From Promethearchaeota archaeon (GTDB taxonomy: Archaea; Asgardarchaeota; Lokiarchaeia; Sigyniarchaeales; SOKP01): a DNA stretch of 64,000 nucleotides. Below the pieces are notes generated by a model. The model worked only from the letters and a program-made list of their open reading frames with translations. It was not told where the DNA came from and did not search any database. The position numbers and the translations under genes were made by a program. Positions 19,169-27,564 of this stretch are shown here, piece after piece (position 1 is the stretch's first letter; the number at the start of each line of letters is the position of its first letter). Location of the stretch: positions 1 to 64,000 of the forward strand of contig JAGXNO010000009.1 in assembly GCA_019894975.1 (NCBI GenBank), read 5' to 3'.

Positions 19169-20530
19169 ATGACAACTAATATCGTTGTAATTGGAATGGG
19201 ATACGTTGGAATTCCGATGAGTGCGTTGCTAGCTGATGTAGAGGATTTTTACGTTACTGGCATTCAACGTCGATCAAAACGTTCAGGGTGGAAGATTAAT
19301 TGGCTCAACGAAGGAAAGAATCCTTTTGAAGGAGAAGAACCTGGTTTAGATGAACTAATTGAAAGAGTAGTAAAAAATGGAAAATTCAAAGTAACTGATA
19401 ATTATGATCAAATTAAAGATGCAGACTATATTTTGGTTGATGTTCAGACCCCCGTTGACGAAAAAAGAATACCACGATACGAATCGTTAAGAGATGTTTC
19501 AAAACTTTTTGCTACTAAAATGAAAAAAGGAGTTACAGTAATTATTGAATCAACTGTCGCACCAGGGACAACAGATAAAATTGTACAACCAATCTTAGAA
19601 GAAGAAAGTGGATTAAAAAGAGGGGAAGACTTCTACCTAGTTTTTTCATTTGAGCGAGTAATGCCCGGGAAATTGCTTGAATACATTACAGATTTTCCGA
19701 GAGTGATTGGGGGAGGATGTGAAAGGGCTAATGAGAATGCTAAATTTCTTTATGGAAAAGTAGTAAAAGAAGAACTTCAGGTTACCGATACTTTAACAGC
19801 AGAATTGACAAAATGTATAGAAAACACATATAGAGACATAAATATAGCATTTTCTAATGAAATGGCTTTAGTAGCGGAAGATTTCAATCGAAATATATTC
19901 GAAGTAATTAAACTGATAAACTATAGGCATGATAGGATGATGCATTTTCCTGGTAGCGGAGTTGGGGGGCATTGTTTGACGAAGGATCCATGGTTACTGA
20001 TGTATGGTCTTGAAACATACACACCTAAGAAATATTTTGACCGAGTTAAAATTTTGCCTTATGGTAGAGAACTGAATGATTTTATGCCGGAACATATGGT
20101 TGAATTGATGGAAGATGCTTTAATGGAAGCTGACAAACATGATAATTTAAAGATTGCTTTAATGGGAGTTGCATATAAAGCTGATTGTGATGATACACGA
20201 AATACACCCACTGAAAGAATAATTCACTTTCTGAAAAATCGATATCATTCTCATAATATAGAATATATTGCCCATGATCCATGGGTAAGAGAAAAAGATT
20301 ACAACGAAACTGAATTAACATCTGATTATGATAAAGCAGTTAAGGATGCAGATGTGTTAATTTTCGCAACTAATCATAAAGAGTATTATTCCATAAACCT
20401 CGATGATTTAAAACATAAAATGCGAAATAAACCAATTATCATTGATGGACGTAATATATTTGATAAGGGATTGCTAAAAGCAAATGATTTTATCTATAGA
20501 AAAATAGGGGAAGGGTCAAAAAATAATTAA
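19169..20530 (+). CDS. Nucleotide-sugar dehydrogenase (UDP-ManNAc/UDP-GlcNAc dehydrogenase, WecC-like)
   Basis: VIGMGYVG, IESTVAPGTT, ENTYRDINIA, GVGGHCL and AYKADCDDTRN. Confidence 0.92.
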   Translation: MTTNIVVIGMGYVGIPMSALLADVEDFYVTGIQRRSKRSGWKINWLNEGKNPFEGEEPGLDELIERVVKNGKFKVTDNYDQIKDADYILVDVQTPVDEKRIPRYESLRDVSKLFATKMKKGVTVIIESTVAPGTTDKIVQPILEEESGLKRGEDFYLVFSFERVMPGKLLEYITDFPRVIGGGCERANENAKFLYGKVVKEELQVTDTLTAELTKCIENTYRDINIAFSNEMALVAEDFNRNIFEVIKLINYRHDRMMHFPGSGVGGHCLTKDPWLLMYGLETYTPKKYFDRVKILPYGRELNDFMPEHMVELMEDALMEADKHDNLKIALMGVAYKADCDDTRNTPTERIIHFLKNRYHSHNIEYIAHDPWVREKDYNETELTSDYDKAVKDADVLIFATNHKEYYSINLDDLKHKMRNKPIIIDGRNIFDKGLLKANDFIYRKIGEGSKNN

Positions 20531-20554
20531 AACTAAATAAAAAAGACTTTGTTA

Positions 20555-20585
20555 TAATCTCTAGTTCTTGCAGAACTCAAAATTA
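20555..20585 (-). promoter_or_regulatory. Conserved 3' hairpin downstream of UGA-ORF A (candidate recoding element or terminator)
   Basis: Minus strand TAATTTT-G-AGTTC-TGCAA-GAACT-A-GAGATTA, matching the element at 20918-20950. Confidence 0.45.
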
Positions 20586-20619
20586 AATCCTAACGTTTTT
20601 TGATTTAATTTCTTGAGAC

Positions 20620-20766
20620 TTATTTATTATTTGGGGTTTCTGCTAAATCTTCCTTTACCATTTGTAATTTTCGTGCTCTTTGATACCACATATTAACCAT
20701 TGATCAAGTTGTAGCATAACAACCATCATCAAATTCTAAATCCAGATAATCTTCTTCTTCTTCCAT
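20620..20766 (-). CDS. Small protein A with in-frame TGA at codon 21 (candidate selenoprotein, 48 aa)
   Basis: MEEEEDYLDLEFDDGCYATT-TGA(20706-20704)-SMVNMWYQRARKLQMVKEDLAETPNNK-TAA. Gapless paralog of 20971-21132. Confidence 0.55.
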
Positions 20767-20917
20767 TGTTAAAAACCAATTTGTTTTTTAATTAATTTGA
20801 AACAGATGAGAGATTAAAGGGTGCTGATCATAAAAGATAAAATCCGATGAGAATAAGTTAATTTTTTATAAAGATAAGAGTAATTTTAATAATTATAAAT
20901 AAAATAAGTAGGAAATT

Positions 20918-20950
20918 TAATCTCCAATTCTTTGCGGAATTTCTAAGAAT
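20918..20950 (-). promoter_or_regulatory. Conserved 3' hairpin downstream of UGA-ORF B
   Basis: Minus strand ATTCTTAGA-AATTC-CGCAAA-GAATT-G-GAGATTA, with a compensatory change relative to 20555-20585. Confidence 0.45.
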
Positions 20951-20970
20951 GGCTTCTAGCATTTAATAAG

Positions 20971-21132
20971 CTATTCTTTGAGATTTTTTTTATTTTGTTT
21001 GGTTTCTTTTCTTAATTTTCGTTTAAGTCTTAAATTTTTAATACTATTCATGATTTGATCGACTGTAACTCACCCTGATTTATAGGGATCATTACAGAAC
21101 GATGTATTAATTCTATCTTTCCACTCAGACAT
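20971..21132 (-). CDS. Small protein B with in-frame TGA at codon 21 (candidate selenoprotein, 53 aa)
   Basis: MSEWKDRINTSFCNDPYKSG-TGA(21072-21070)-VTVDQIMNSIKNLRLKRKLRKETKQNKKNLKE-TAG. Confidence 0.55.
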
Positions 21133-21319
21133 TTGAATCAATTATTTGTTAGTTTTTTAGTTATAAAATAGAGAGAAAAATAAATATCTTATTTTTATGG
21201 TAGATAAGTTAGAGGATCTCTATGTGTAAACACCCTCCTATATAGTAATTTTTGGAATAAATTTTTAAAAACGAACTCTAACATATATTTAAACTTGTAA
21301 ATTTGAAAAAGTGATTTAA

Positions 21320-21997
21320 ATGATTTTTGATTATTGGGATGCAATTCGAGGTTTTTTTAGTTGGGTTGGTGAATCCGCCGCAATAATGATGGTTTTAAGT
21401 GGTTTAATGGCAATTACTTGGCTAGGTTTAGAAAGGAAGCGGAGAGGATCATTCACCAAAAGAAAAGTAGAAATAGAGTTTGTTGTAACAAGGTTTTTAC
21501 GGGGATTATCTTATCTTGGTTTGGTTCTGGGGATATTTGTGGTGTGGTCGGGCGCTATTGGGTTAATAAGAAACATACCCCCTAGTTTTGAATACCGAGA
21601 CGTCACCGAAGATGCTGCTAATCATTTTACATGCATCTTTTTGATAGTTATAGGAATTGTGATGTTTATGAAGCCAATCAGCGATCTTCCACTGTCAAGT
21701 ATTATTGGTCTCTTAGCCGGAACTGCTACGGTTGTCATAATTGCCTTACTCGTACCAGAAGGAGCGGTTCAATTAATTGCCGGAGTAATAGATCCAAAAT
21801 GGCTGCTGGTTATAATTTTTGTTATAATAACAGTAATCGTTGCGCTTACGGTGAAATTTTATGTGGGTGTGTTAAAAACGATATCAAAATTTCTGTCGTG
21901 GCCTCCTGTAGCATTTGTAGTTATGATTTTTTGCTTAGTTCAAGGGTTTGCGTTATGGATTTGGGGTGTAAGTATCTTCGGTTTAAACCTCTTATAA
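21320..21997 (+). CDS. Hypothetical integral membrane protein (about 6 TM)
   Basis: Several long hydrophobic segments; AAGTGA SD-like site before the ATG. Confidence 0.75.
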   Translation: MIFDYWDAIRGFFSWVGESAAIMMVLSGLMAITWLGLERKRRGSFTKRKVEIEFVVTRFLRGLSYLGLVLGIFVVWSGAIGLIRNIPPSFEYRDVTEDAANHFTCIFLIVIGIVMFMKPISDLPLSSIIGLLAGTATVVIIALLVPEGAVQLIAGVIDPKWLLVIIFVIITVIVALTVKFYVGVLKTISKFLSWPPVAFVVMIFCLVQGFALWIWGVSIFGLNLL

Positions 21998-22116
21998 TTT
22001 AAATAATTTTTTTTATATTTTTTTTGTTTGAGAATATAATTATTTTCAGATTTTAGTACCAATTTTAATAAAAAGGAAACATTATTTTAGCTTAACCACG
22101 AAGTTAATGAAAAAAA

Positions 22117-22386
22117 ATGGCTGGAATTAAAGAGATAAGAAAAGAACTTACAGAATTAAGAACTAGTATGAATAGATTAACAGAAGAATTACATGAAACT
22201 AATATCACTATAAGGGAATCTTTAAAATTAACATCTCAAACTATTACAGAAATGAGTAAATCATTAGATGCTACAATGAGAACGATGTCAGATTTGACCA
22301 TTCAAATGAATATAAGAGAAACCATTTTAAAGAGTCTCGGAATTGATGGGATGATTCCAGATTTTCTTAAAAAAAAAAAGAAGTAA
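22117..22386 (+). CDS. Small coiled-coil protein with poly-Lys tail
   Basis: Heptad pattern (IRKELTELRTSMNRLTEEL) and C-terminal LKKKKK. Confidence 0.7.
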   Translation: MAGIKEIRKELTELRTSMNRLTEELHETNITIRESLKLTSQTITEMSKSLDATMRTMSDLTIQMNIRETILKSLGIDGMIPDFLKKKKK

Positions 22387-22397
22387 ACATCCCCTTT

Positions 22398-22583
22398 TTA
22401 TTCCTTTTCCCATCTTGTTAGAACAAAATATGCGATAACTAGGGATATCATATAAACCACTGTAATTAATGACCATAAAACAACTTCATTTGAGTTGTTT
22501 TCAATTACTCCGACTATAGCTTTATATATAAAATAGATGCTAAATAGGGCTAACAGTCTAATTGTTGATCGTGCTTTATCCAT
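22398..22583 (-). CDS. Small two-TM membrane protein
   Basis: Two hydrophobic helices in 61 aa. Confidence 0.6.
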   Translation of the reverse strand: MDKARSTIRLLALFSIYFIYKAIVGVIENNSNEVVLWSLITVVYMISLVIAYFVLTRWEKE

Positions 22584-22667
22584 GATTCATTATAAACTAA
22601 TATTTAATGATTAAAGTAATATATTACTTAGAATTTAATTAATTTAATTAAATTATTAATTTAAAAA

Positions 22668-22874
22668 ATGTCAGATATGTCAACTCCTCCTGAATGTTTT
22701 ATTTGTAAAAAAACCAGTGAAAGATCAATAGAAAATAGTTACTATTGTATATGCGATGTTGCTATATGCCCTGACTGTGTTAATTCTACTAAAAAAAATG
22801 ACAAAACTTGGATTTGTCCTCATTGTAAAGAAGAAAATAACTTAGAAGAAAGTAGATTATTCCGATCATCATAA
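22668..22874 (+). CDS. Stand-alone 8-Cys zinc finger (C4C4 RING-like)
   Basis: C-x2-C-x13-C-x-C-x4-C-x2-C-x12-C-x2-C. Confidence 0.75.
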   Translation: MSDMSTPPECFICKKTSERSIENSYYCICDVAICPDCVNSTKKNDKTWICPHCKEENNLEESRLFRSS

Positions 22875-22884
22875 GATAATTTTC

Positions 22885-22965
22885 GTTTCTTAAGCTATGA
22901 TGAAAAAAAAATTAATTATGATTTCATTAAAATGATATCATTGAGGAAGACTGAGTTTAAGAAAC
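22885..22965 (+). ncRNA. Box C/D guide sRNA
   Basis: 11-bp terminal stem GTTTCTTAAGC/GTTTAAGAAAC enclosing perfect box C ATGATGA (22897-22903) and box D CTGA (22951-22954). D'-like ATGA (22918), C'-like ATGATAT (22932), and a 12-nt D guide CATTGAGGAAGA. Confidence 0.75.
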
Positions 22966-23080
22966 ATATTTTATTATGAGTTATAATATTTCATCTTGGT
23001 AGAAAAAAGTGGAAAGATATAAACTATTATGGTTTTCTGAATTTTATTATCTAATTAAATAATTTTTATGGTGGTATAAA

Positions 23081-23569
23081 TTGACTGCAAACATCATTAC
23101 AAAAGTAGTAGAATTAGATAATTGTAATAAAGATTTACTCATAAAGGCGCTTTACACAGAAAAATTTTGGGAGATTACTAATCCGGCAAAAAAAATCGAC
23201 GCAAAGTTCATCGCACCTAATGTATTATATAGCAAAATAACTGATGAGATTGTGAAAATTCCTGTCGAAATGGAAGGAGAACTAGTATTACAAGATGAAG
23301 GAGAGCAAGAAGAAGGAAAAGGACGATTAATTGAACTTAATGTTCGTAATAATGAAGATGTTAGAGAACTTGAGGGAAGAATAAGGATTAAAGCGTTAAC
23401 ACCTACCAAAACAAAGTTTGGTATATATATAAAGAGTTTTAAATTAGGATCTGATTTTTCGAGTTTAATAGGGGGGGTAGCAGAATTAACTTTGAGAAAT
23501 AAGATCACAGAAATGTTAAGAAAGCTAGAACGTTGGCTTAGAACCAACTCTTTAAATGATTTACTATAA
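23081..23569 (+). CDS. Hypothetical protein, probable SRPBCC/START-like fold
   Basis: N-terminal strand-helix (KALYTEKFWEITNP), beta-rich core and long C-terminal helix; TTG start. Confidence 0.55.
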   Translation: MTANIITKVVELDNCNKDLLIKALYTEKFWEITNPAKKIDAKFIAPNVLYSKITDEIVKIPVEMEGELVLQDEGEQEEGKGRLIELNVRNNEDVRELEGRIRIKALTPTKTKFGIYIKSFKLGSDFSSLIGGVAELTLRNKITEMLRKLERWLRTNSLNDLL

Positions 23570-23725
23570 CATTTTTTACCGAGATCTATTGTTAATAGTG
23601 AATTTATAAGGTTTAAATCCATAACTTAATTAAGTCTTAAAATTATTTTCTTTATCCTAAGAATTTAGTGAGAGATTTAGAAGAATATTTTTATATCAGG
23701 TACATACTCGTTTAGGTGTTTTGAG

Positions 23726-24571
23726 ATTAACATTTGGATCTTAGAATCTGATTCAGGAATTACATTGGTATATAAACCGTATATGGATTTCCCTGTTAAC
23801 GAGGATCTCGTTTCGGGACTTTTAACGGCGCTTAATCAGTTCACTATAGTAGAATTTAAGCAGGGCATTGATTCTATAGAAATGGGTGGCCTAAGATGGG
23901 TTTATATTCAAGATAAAGAAACTAACTTATTATTTATTGCCGCAGATTCTAAAGCCATAAGCACAGATATGCTTAGATCGAGATTAGACGTCATTCGGCA
24001 CACATTTATCCAACAGTATGCAAATTCTAAAAATCGCTGGAAGGATAAATGGACAGGCAATGTTGAGGTTTACAAACCGTTTGAGAATGTTATTGATGAA
24101 TACTATACCCAGTGGATACAAGCTGAACGTATAACCACAGTTGCTGAATTTTTCGATATATTAGGTATCTTTCAACAGATCCTAAATTTAATAATGAACG
24201 TTATTGAAGGACATCTGTTTGCAAAAAAAAAGCAGAGAATTTATAAGAAAATTGAAAAAATGTTTAAAAATTATACAAAGTTAGAGATTGTGAAGAAAAA
24301 TCCAGAATTGAGCAATATCGTATTTCACAGAAAGACTGGAATTAATATTATTAATATTAATCCTATGAACTGTGATATGCTTGTTGTAGAGAAACAAATT
24401 ATAAATTTAATTAAGCGAATGGTAGAAATCCTTAAGGATGAGGAAGAATATTTTGAATCCTTGAAATTTTTTGTTGATGAAAATATTTTTGAGTATCTTC
24501 TCTCGAATTTTTCTCTTTTAAATGATTTAAACTTGTTCATTTTTTTAATCAAACTTTTTCTAATGAAGTAA
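23726..24571 (+). CDS. Asgard longin-like domain protein, inferred ATT start
   Basis: (M)NIWILESDSGITLVYK...EDLVSGLLTALNQF...IDSIEMGGLRWVY...LLFIAAD is a longin pattern. The first strand lies upstream of the track's TTG, and AGGTG sits 7 nt before ATT23726. Confidence 0.7.
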   Translation: MNIWILESDSGITLVYKPYMDFPVNEDLVSGLLTALNQFTIVEFKQGIDSIEMGGLRWVYIQDKETNLLFIAADSKAISTDMLRSRLDVIRHTFIQQYANSKNRWKDKWTGNVEVYKPFENVIDEYYTQWIQAERITTVAEFFDILGIFQQILNLIMNVIEGHLFAKKKQRIYKKIEKMFKNYTKLEIVKKNPELSNIVFHRKTGINIININPMNCDMLVVEKQIINLIKRMVEILKDEEEYFESLKFFVDENIFEYLLSNFSLLNDLNLFIFLIKLFLMK

Positions 24572-24754
24572 TCTATCTTTAATCTCTTGAATTTATTCGG
24601 CTAAATTTAGATAGATGTAGAAGTTATAAATCAGATCTTTAGTATTCTTAACTTTTTACTACTCAAGTTAAGGAAAATTAATTTTAAATAGATTTATTAA
24701 AAGATGTTTATTAAAAATATTAATTGACTTCAAATATTTAATTTCGAAATAATA

Positions 24755-26056
24755 ATGGAACCCGCACTGCTTATTATAATTTTCATTCTATTTATCTTAA
24801 TTATTTTAAGTTATACGAAATCGGATTTAGATTTCGTAGCGATCTCACTTTTATGTTGCTTTATTGCCGCCTCAATCACGGGATTAGTCAAAGGGATAGG
24901 ATTTGATAGGTTTATAGGATTTATTGAATGGGAAGCAATTATTATAATACTTAGTATGAGTATTATCACAAAGATAGCCCAGGATTCCAACATTTTGGAA
25001 TTTGTAGCTGTAAAACTATTTAAATTGTCAAAAGGGGAACAAAGAATTTTCTTTTGGTTTCTCTGCGTAATAACTACTCTTTTGGCGGCGATAATAAGTG
25101 ATGTTGTTGTGGTTCTAATACTGGCACCTATTGTAATTAGACTTTGTCACTTTCTTAAAATAAGAGCTGGAACATATCTACTCGGAATGACGATTTGTAT
25201 CAACATCGGTTCAATACTGACCCCCTTCTCAAGTGGAGAAAATATTATCATTTCTACTGCATTTGCAGAGCTTGATACCCTTTACTTTATTCAGTTTTAT
25301 TGGGTAATTTCATTCATTTTATTATTTGGGACAATTTTTCTATTGGATAAATTTCTTTTGAGTAAAGAACCAAAAATAGAAGAACTTCAAAAAAAGTTTG
25401 TTATTGATTTAGTAAATACTGATATCATAGTAAAGAATAAAAAAATGTTCTACTTTAATGGCATAGCAATACTTATAACAATCGCATTGTTTGGTATTCT
25501 TCCACTGCTTTATTTAACGGCTGTAATTTCAGCTTTGATTTTAGTACTCGTAAACAGAAATCATACAAAAAAACCGATGAGTGAACTCTTAAAAGATATT
25601 GAGTGGGAAATCTTATTCTTCTTCATATCACTCTATGTAGTTGTTGGATGTCTTGTGGAAGCGGGATTTGGAGAAATCTTTGAAATAATACCGTTTGAAA
25701 CCTTAAATCCTTTTCTATTAGCGCTAATAATTCTGTTAATAATTAGTTTTATTTCAGGAGTCGTTGCAAATACTCCAACTGCGTTAATCTTTATCCCAAT
25801 AACAGGACTATTAATTGATGGTTTTGGTTTTTCATCAGTTCCCTTACTTTTTTCTCTGGTAATAGGCATCAACCTTGGGGGCAACTTTTTACCCTCTGGG
25901 GCAGCTTGTGATATGATGACTCTAAAAATTGCCCGAGATTCAGGGGTAGAGAATTTTAGTTATAAACGGTTGTTTAAGGTAGGTGCTATATTTGCTTTTA
26001 TTCACATTGGAATATCAATATTGTACCTATTACCTTTAGTACTAATTTTTGGATAA
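24755..26056 (+). CDS. ArsB/NhaD/SLC13 (IT superfamily) ion permease
   Basis: About 12 TM segments, INIGSILTPFSSGENIII, IEWEILFFF and NLGGNFLPSGAAC. Confidence 0.88.
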   Translation: MEPALLIIIFILFILIILSYTKSDLDFVAISLLCCFIAASITGLVKGIGFDRFIGFIEWEAIIIILSMSIITKIAQDSNILEFVAVKLFKLSKGEQRIFFWFLCVITTLLAAIISDVVVVLILAPIVIRLCHFLKIRAGTYLLGMTICINIGSILTPFSSGENIIISTAFAELDTLYFIQFYWVISFILLFGTIFLLDKFLLSKEPKIEELQKKFVIDLVNTDIIVKNKKMFYFNGIAILITIALFGILPLLYLTAVISALILVLVNRNHTKKPMSELLKDIEWEILFFFISLYVVVGCLVEAGFGEIFEIIPFETLNPFLLALIILLIISFISGVVANTPTALIFIPITGLLIDGFGFSSVPLLFSLVIGINLGGNFLPSGAACDMMTLKIARDSGVENFSYKRLFKVGAIFAFIHIGISILYLLPLVLIFG

Positions 26057-26086
26057 AAAGAATAAAAAAGAAATTAATATCTTAAG

Positions 26087-27337
26087 TTAAATCCAACCTC
26101 TAAGCCTCATTGCAGATATTACTCTCTCAAGAGCGATAACATATGCTCCCATCCTGTTATGGGTATCAAATTTCCCTGATTGTTCAATTGTGGAACGATA
26201 AGCCCTTGTCATGACTCTATCTAATGCTTCAAAAACTTCACTTTCTGTCCAAAAATATCGGTAATATCCTTGAACCATTTCAAAATACGAAACAGTAACT
26301 CCGCCCGCATTGCATAAGAAATCGGGTATAACCAGTACTCCTTTTTCAAATAGAGTAGTATCTGCATCTGGAGTGGTAGGACCATTTGCTAATTCCGCAA
26401 TAATTTTGGTGTTTATATTATCTGCGTTACTACTTGTTATAACATGTTCTAATGCTGCGGGTACTAGCACATCACATTCTAACTCTAGTAATTCTTCGTT
26501 AGAAATTTCTTTAGTACCCTTAGTGCCAACAACAGACCTTGTTTTTTCTTTATGTTCACCTGCCACATACGGATTAATGCCGTCTTCGCTATAAATTCCA
26601 CCTCTAGAATCTGAAACCGCAATAATTTTACACCCAAAATCATCATGTAAAATTTTGGCTGCCCAAGAGCCGGCATTACCATAACCTTGAACAGCAACTC
26701 TTGCGCCATTTAGGTTTAAATTGATGTCTTTTGCAGCCTCTCTAACAGTATAGACACCACCCTTTGCTGTTGCAATTGATCTTCCGGCACTACCTCCTAG
26801 AGGTAATGGTTTTCCAGTAATAACTGAGGGAGCATGATGGCGTACTATTTGTTCATATTCATCTTGCATGTATGCCATAATCTGTGGATTGGTGTATACA
26901 TCTGGAGCTGGAACATCGATATTAGGCCCTATAAAATCTGCGAGACGTCTGATATAGCTTCTTGCTAAAGTTTCTATTTCCCTATTACTCATTTCTTTAG
27001 GATTACAAATAATTCCCCCCTTCGCACCACCTAAAGGAATATCGACACAGGCTGTCTTCCATGTCATCCATGCAGATAATGCTTTTACGAGAGATGCAGA
27101 TTCTTCGGGGTGCCATCTAATCCCTCCTTTCATAGGACCTCTTGCGGAATTATATTGACTTCTGAAACCACGGAATGTTTTAAGTGCCCCATCATCCATT
27201 TTCATGGTAATTTTGATTTGAACAAAACGTTCTGGTTCTGAAAGAGCATCATATAATTCACGATCATACCCTACCATCTTACAAGCATCGTGAAGTTGTT
27301 GTTGAGCAATAGAAAAAGGATCTAAATTCTCACTCAT
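26087..27337 (-). CDS. gdhA: Glu/Leu/Phe/Val dehydrogenase (glutamate dehydrogenase)
   Basis: GPMKGGIRWHP, PLGGAKGG, DVPAPD, VQGYGNAG and NAGGVTVSYFE. ATG27337 preferred over TTG27346. Confidence 0.93.
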   Translation of the reverse strand: MSENLDPFSIAQQQLHDACKMVGYDRELYDALSEPERFVQIKITMKMDDGALKTFRGFRSQYNSARGPMKGGIRWHPEESASLVKALSAWMTWKTACVDIPLGGAKGGIICNPKEMSNREIETLARSYIRRLADFIGPNIDVPAPDVYTNPQIMAYMQDEYEQIVRHHAPSVITGKPLPLGGSAGRSIATAKGGVYTVREAAKDINLNLNGARVAVQGYGNAGSWAAKILHDDFGCKIIAVSDSRGGIYSEDGINPYVAGEHKEKTRSVVGTKGTKEISNEELLELECDVLVPAALEHVITSSNADNINTKIIAELANGPTTPDADTTLFEKGVLVIPDFLCNAGGVTVSYFEMVQGYYRYFWTESEVFEALDRVMTRAYRSTIEQSGKFDTHNRMGAYVIALERVISAMRLRGWI

Positions 27338-27564
27338 CTTAATCAATTTTGTTATAAGTTTTATTCATAACTATCAGAATGAATTTTTTTCATTTTTATG
27401 AAAACAATATAGATATATTCTGAATGAACTTGAGTTTTTTTTTATACTATTTGAATATTAAATTATAATATATAACCTTAGAAATAAAAGTTTGCTGAGT
27501 TTACTATGGGAATGTTTGGGGGAAAAATGTGAGTACTTGAACCCTCGAGTAATATCTTAAGTAT

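Noticed and set aside
20531-20970. Canonical eukaryote-like AUGA...AA...GA SECIS downstream of the UGA ORFs
   Set aside because: The only minus-strand ATGA between the two ORFs (20831-20828) has no matching stem or GA partner, and none lies downstream of ORF A. This weakens, but does not exclude, the Sec interpretation.
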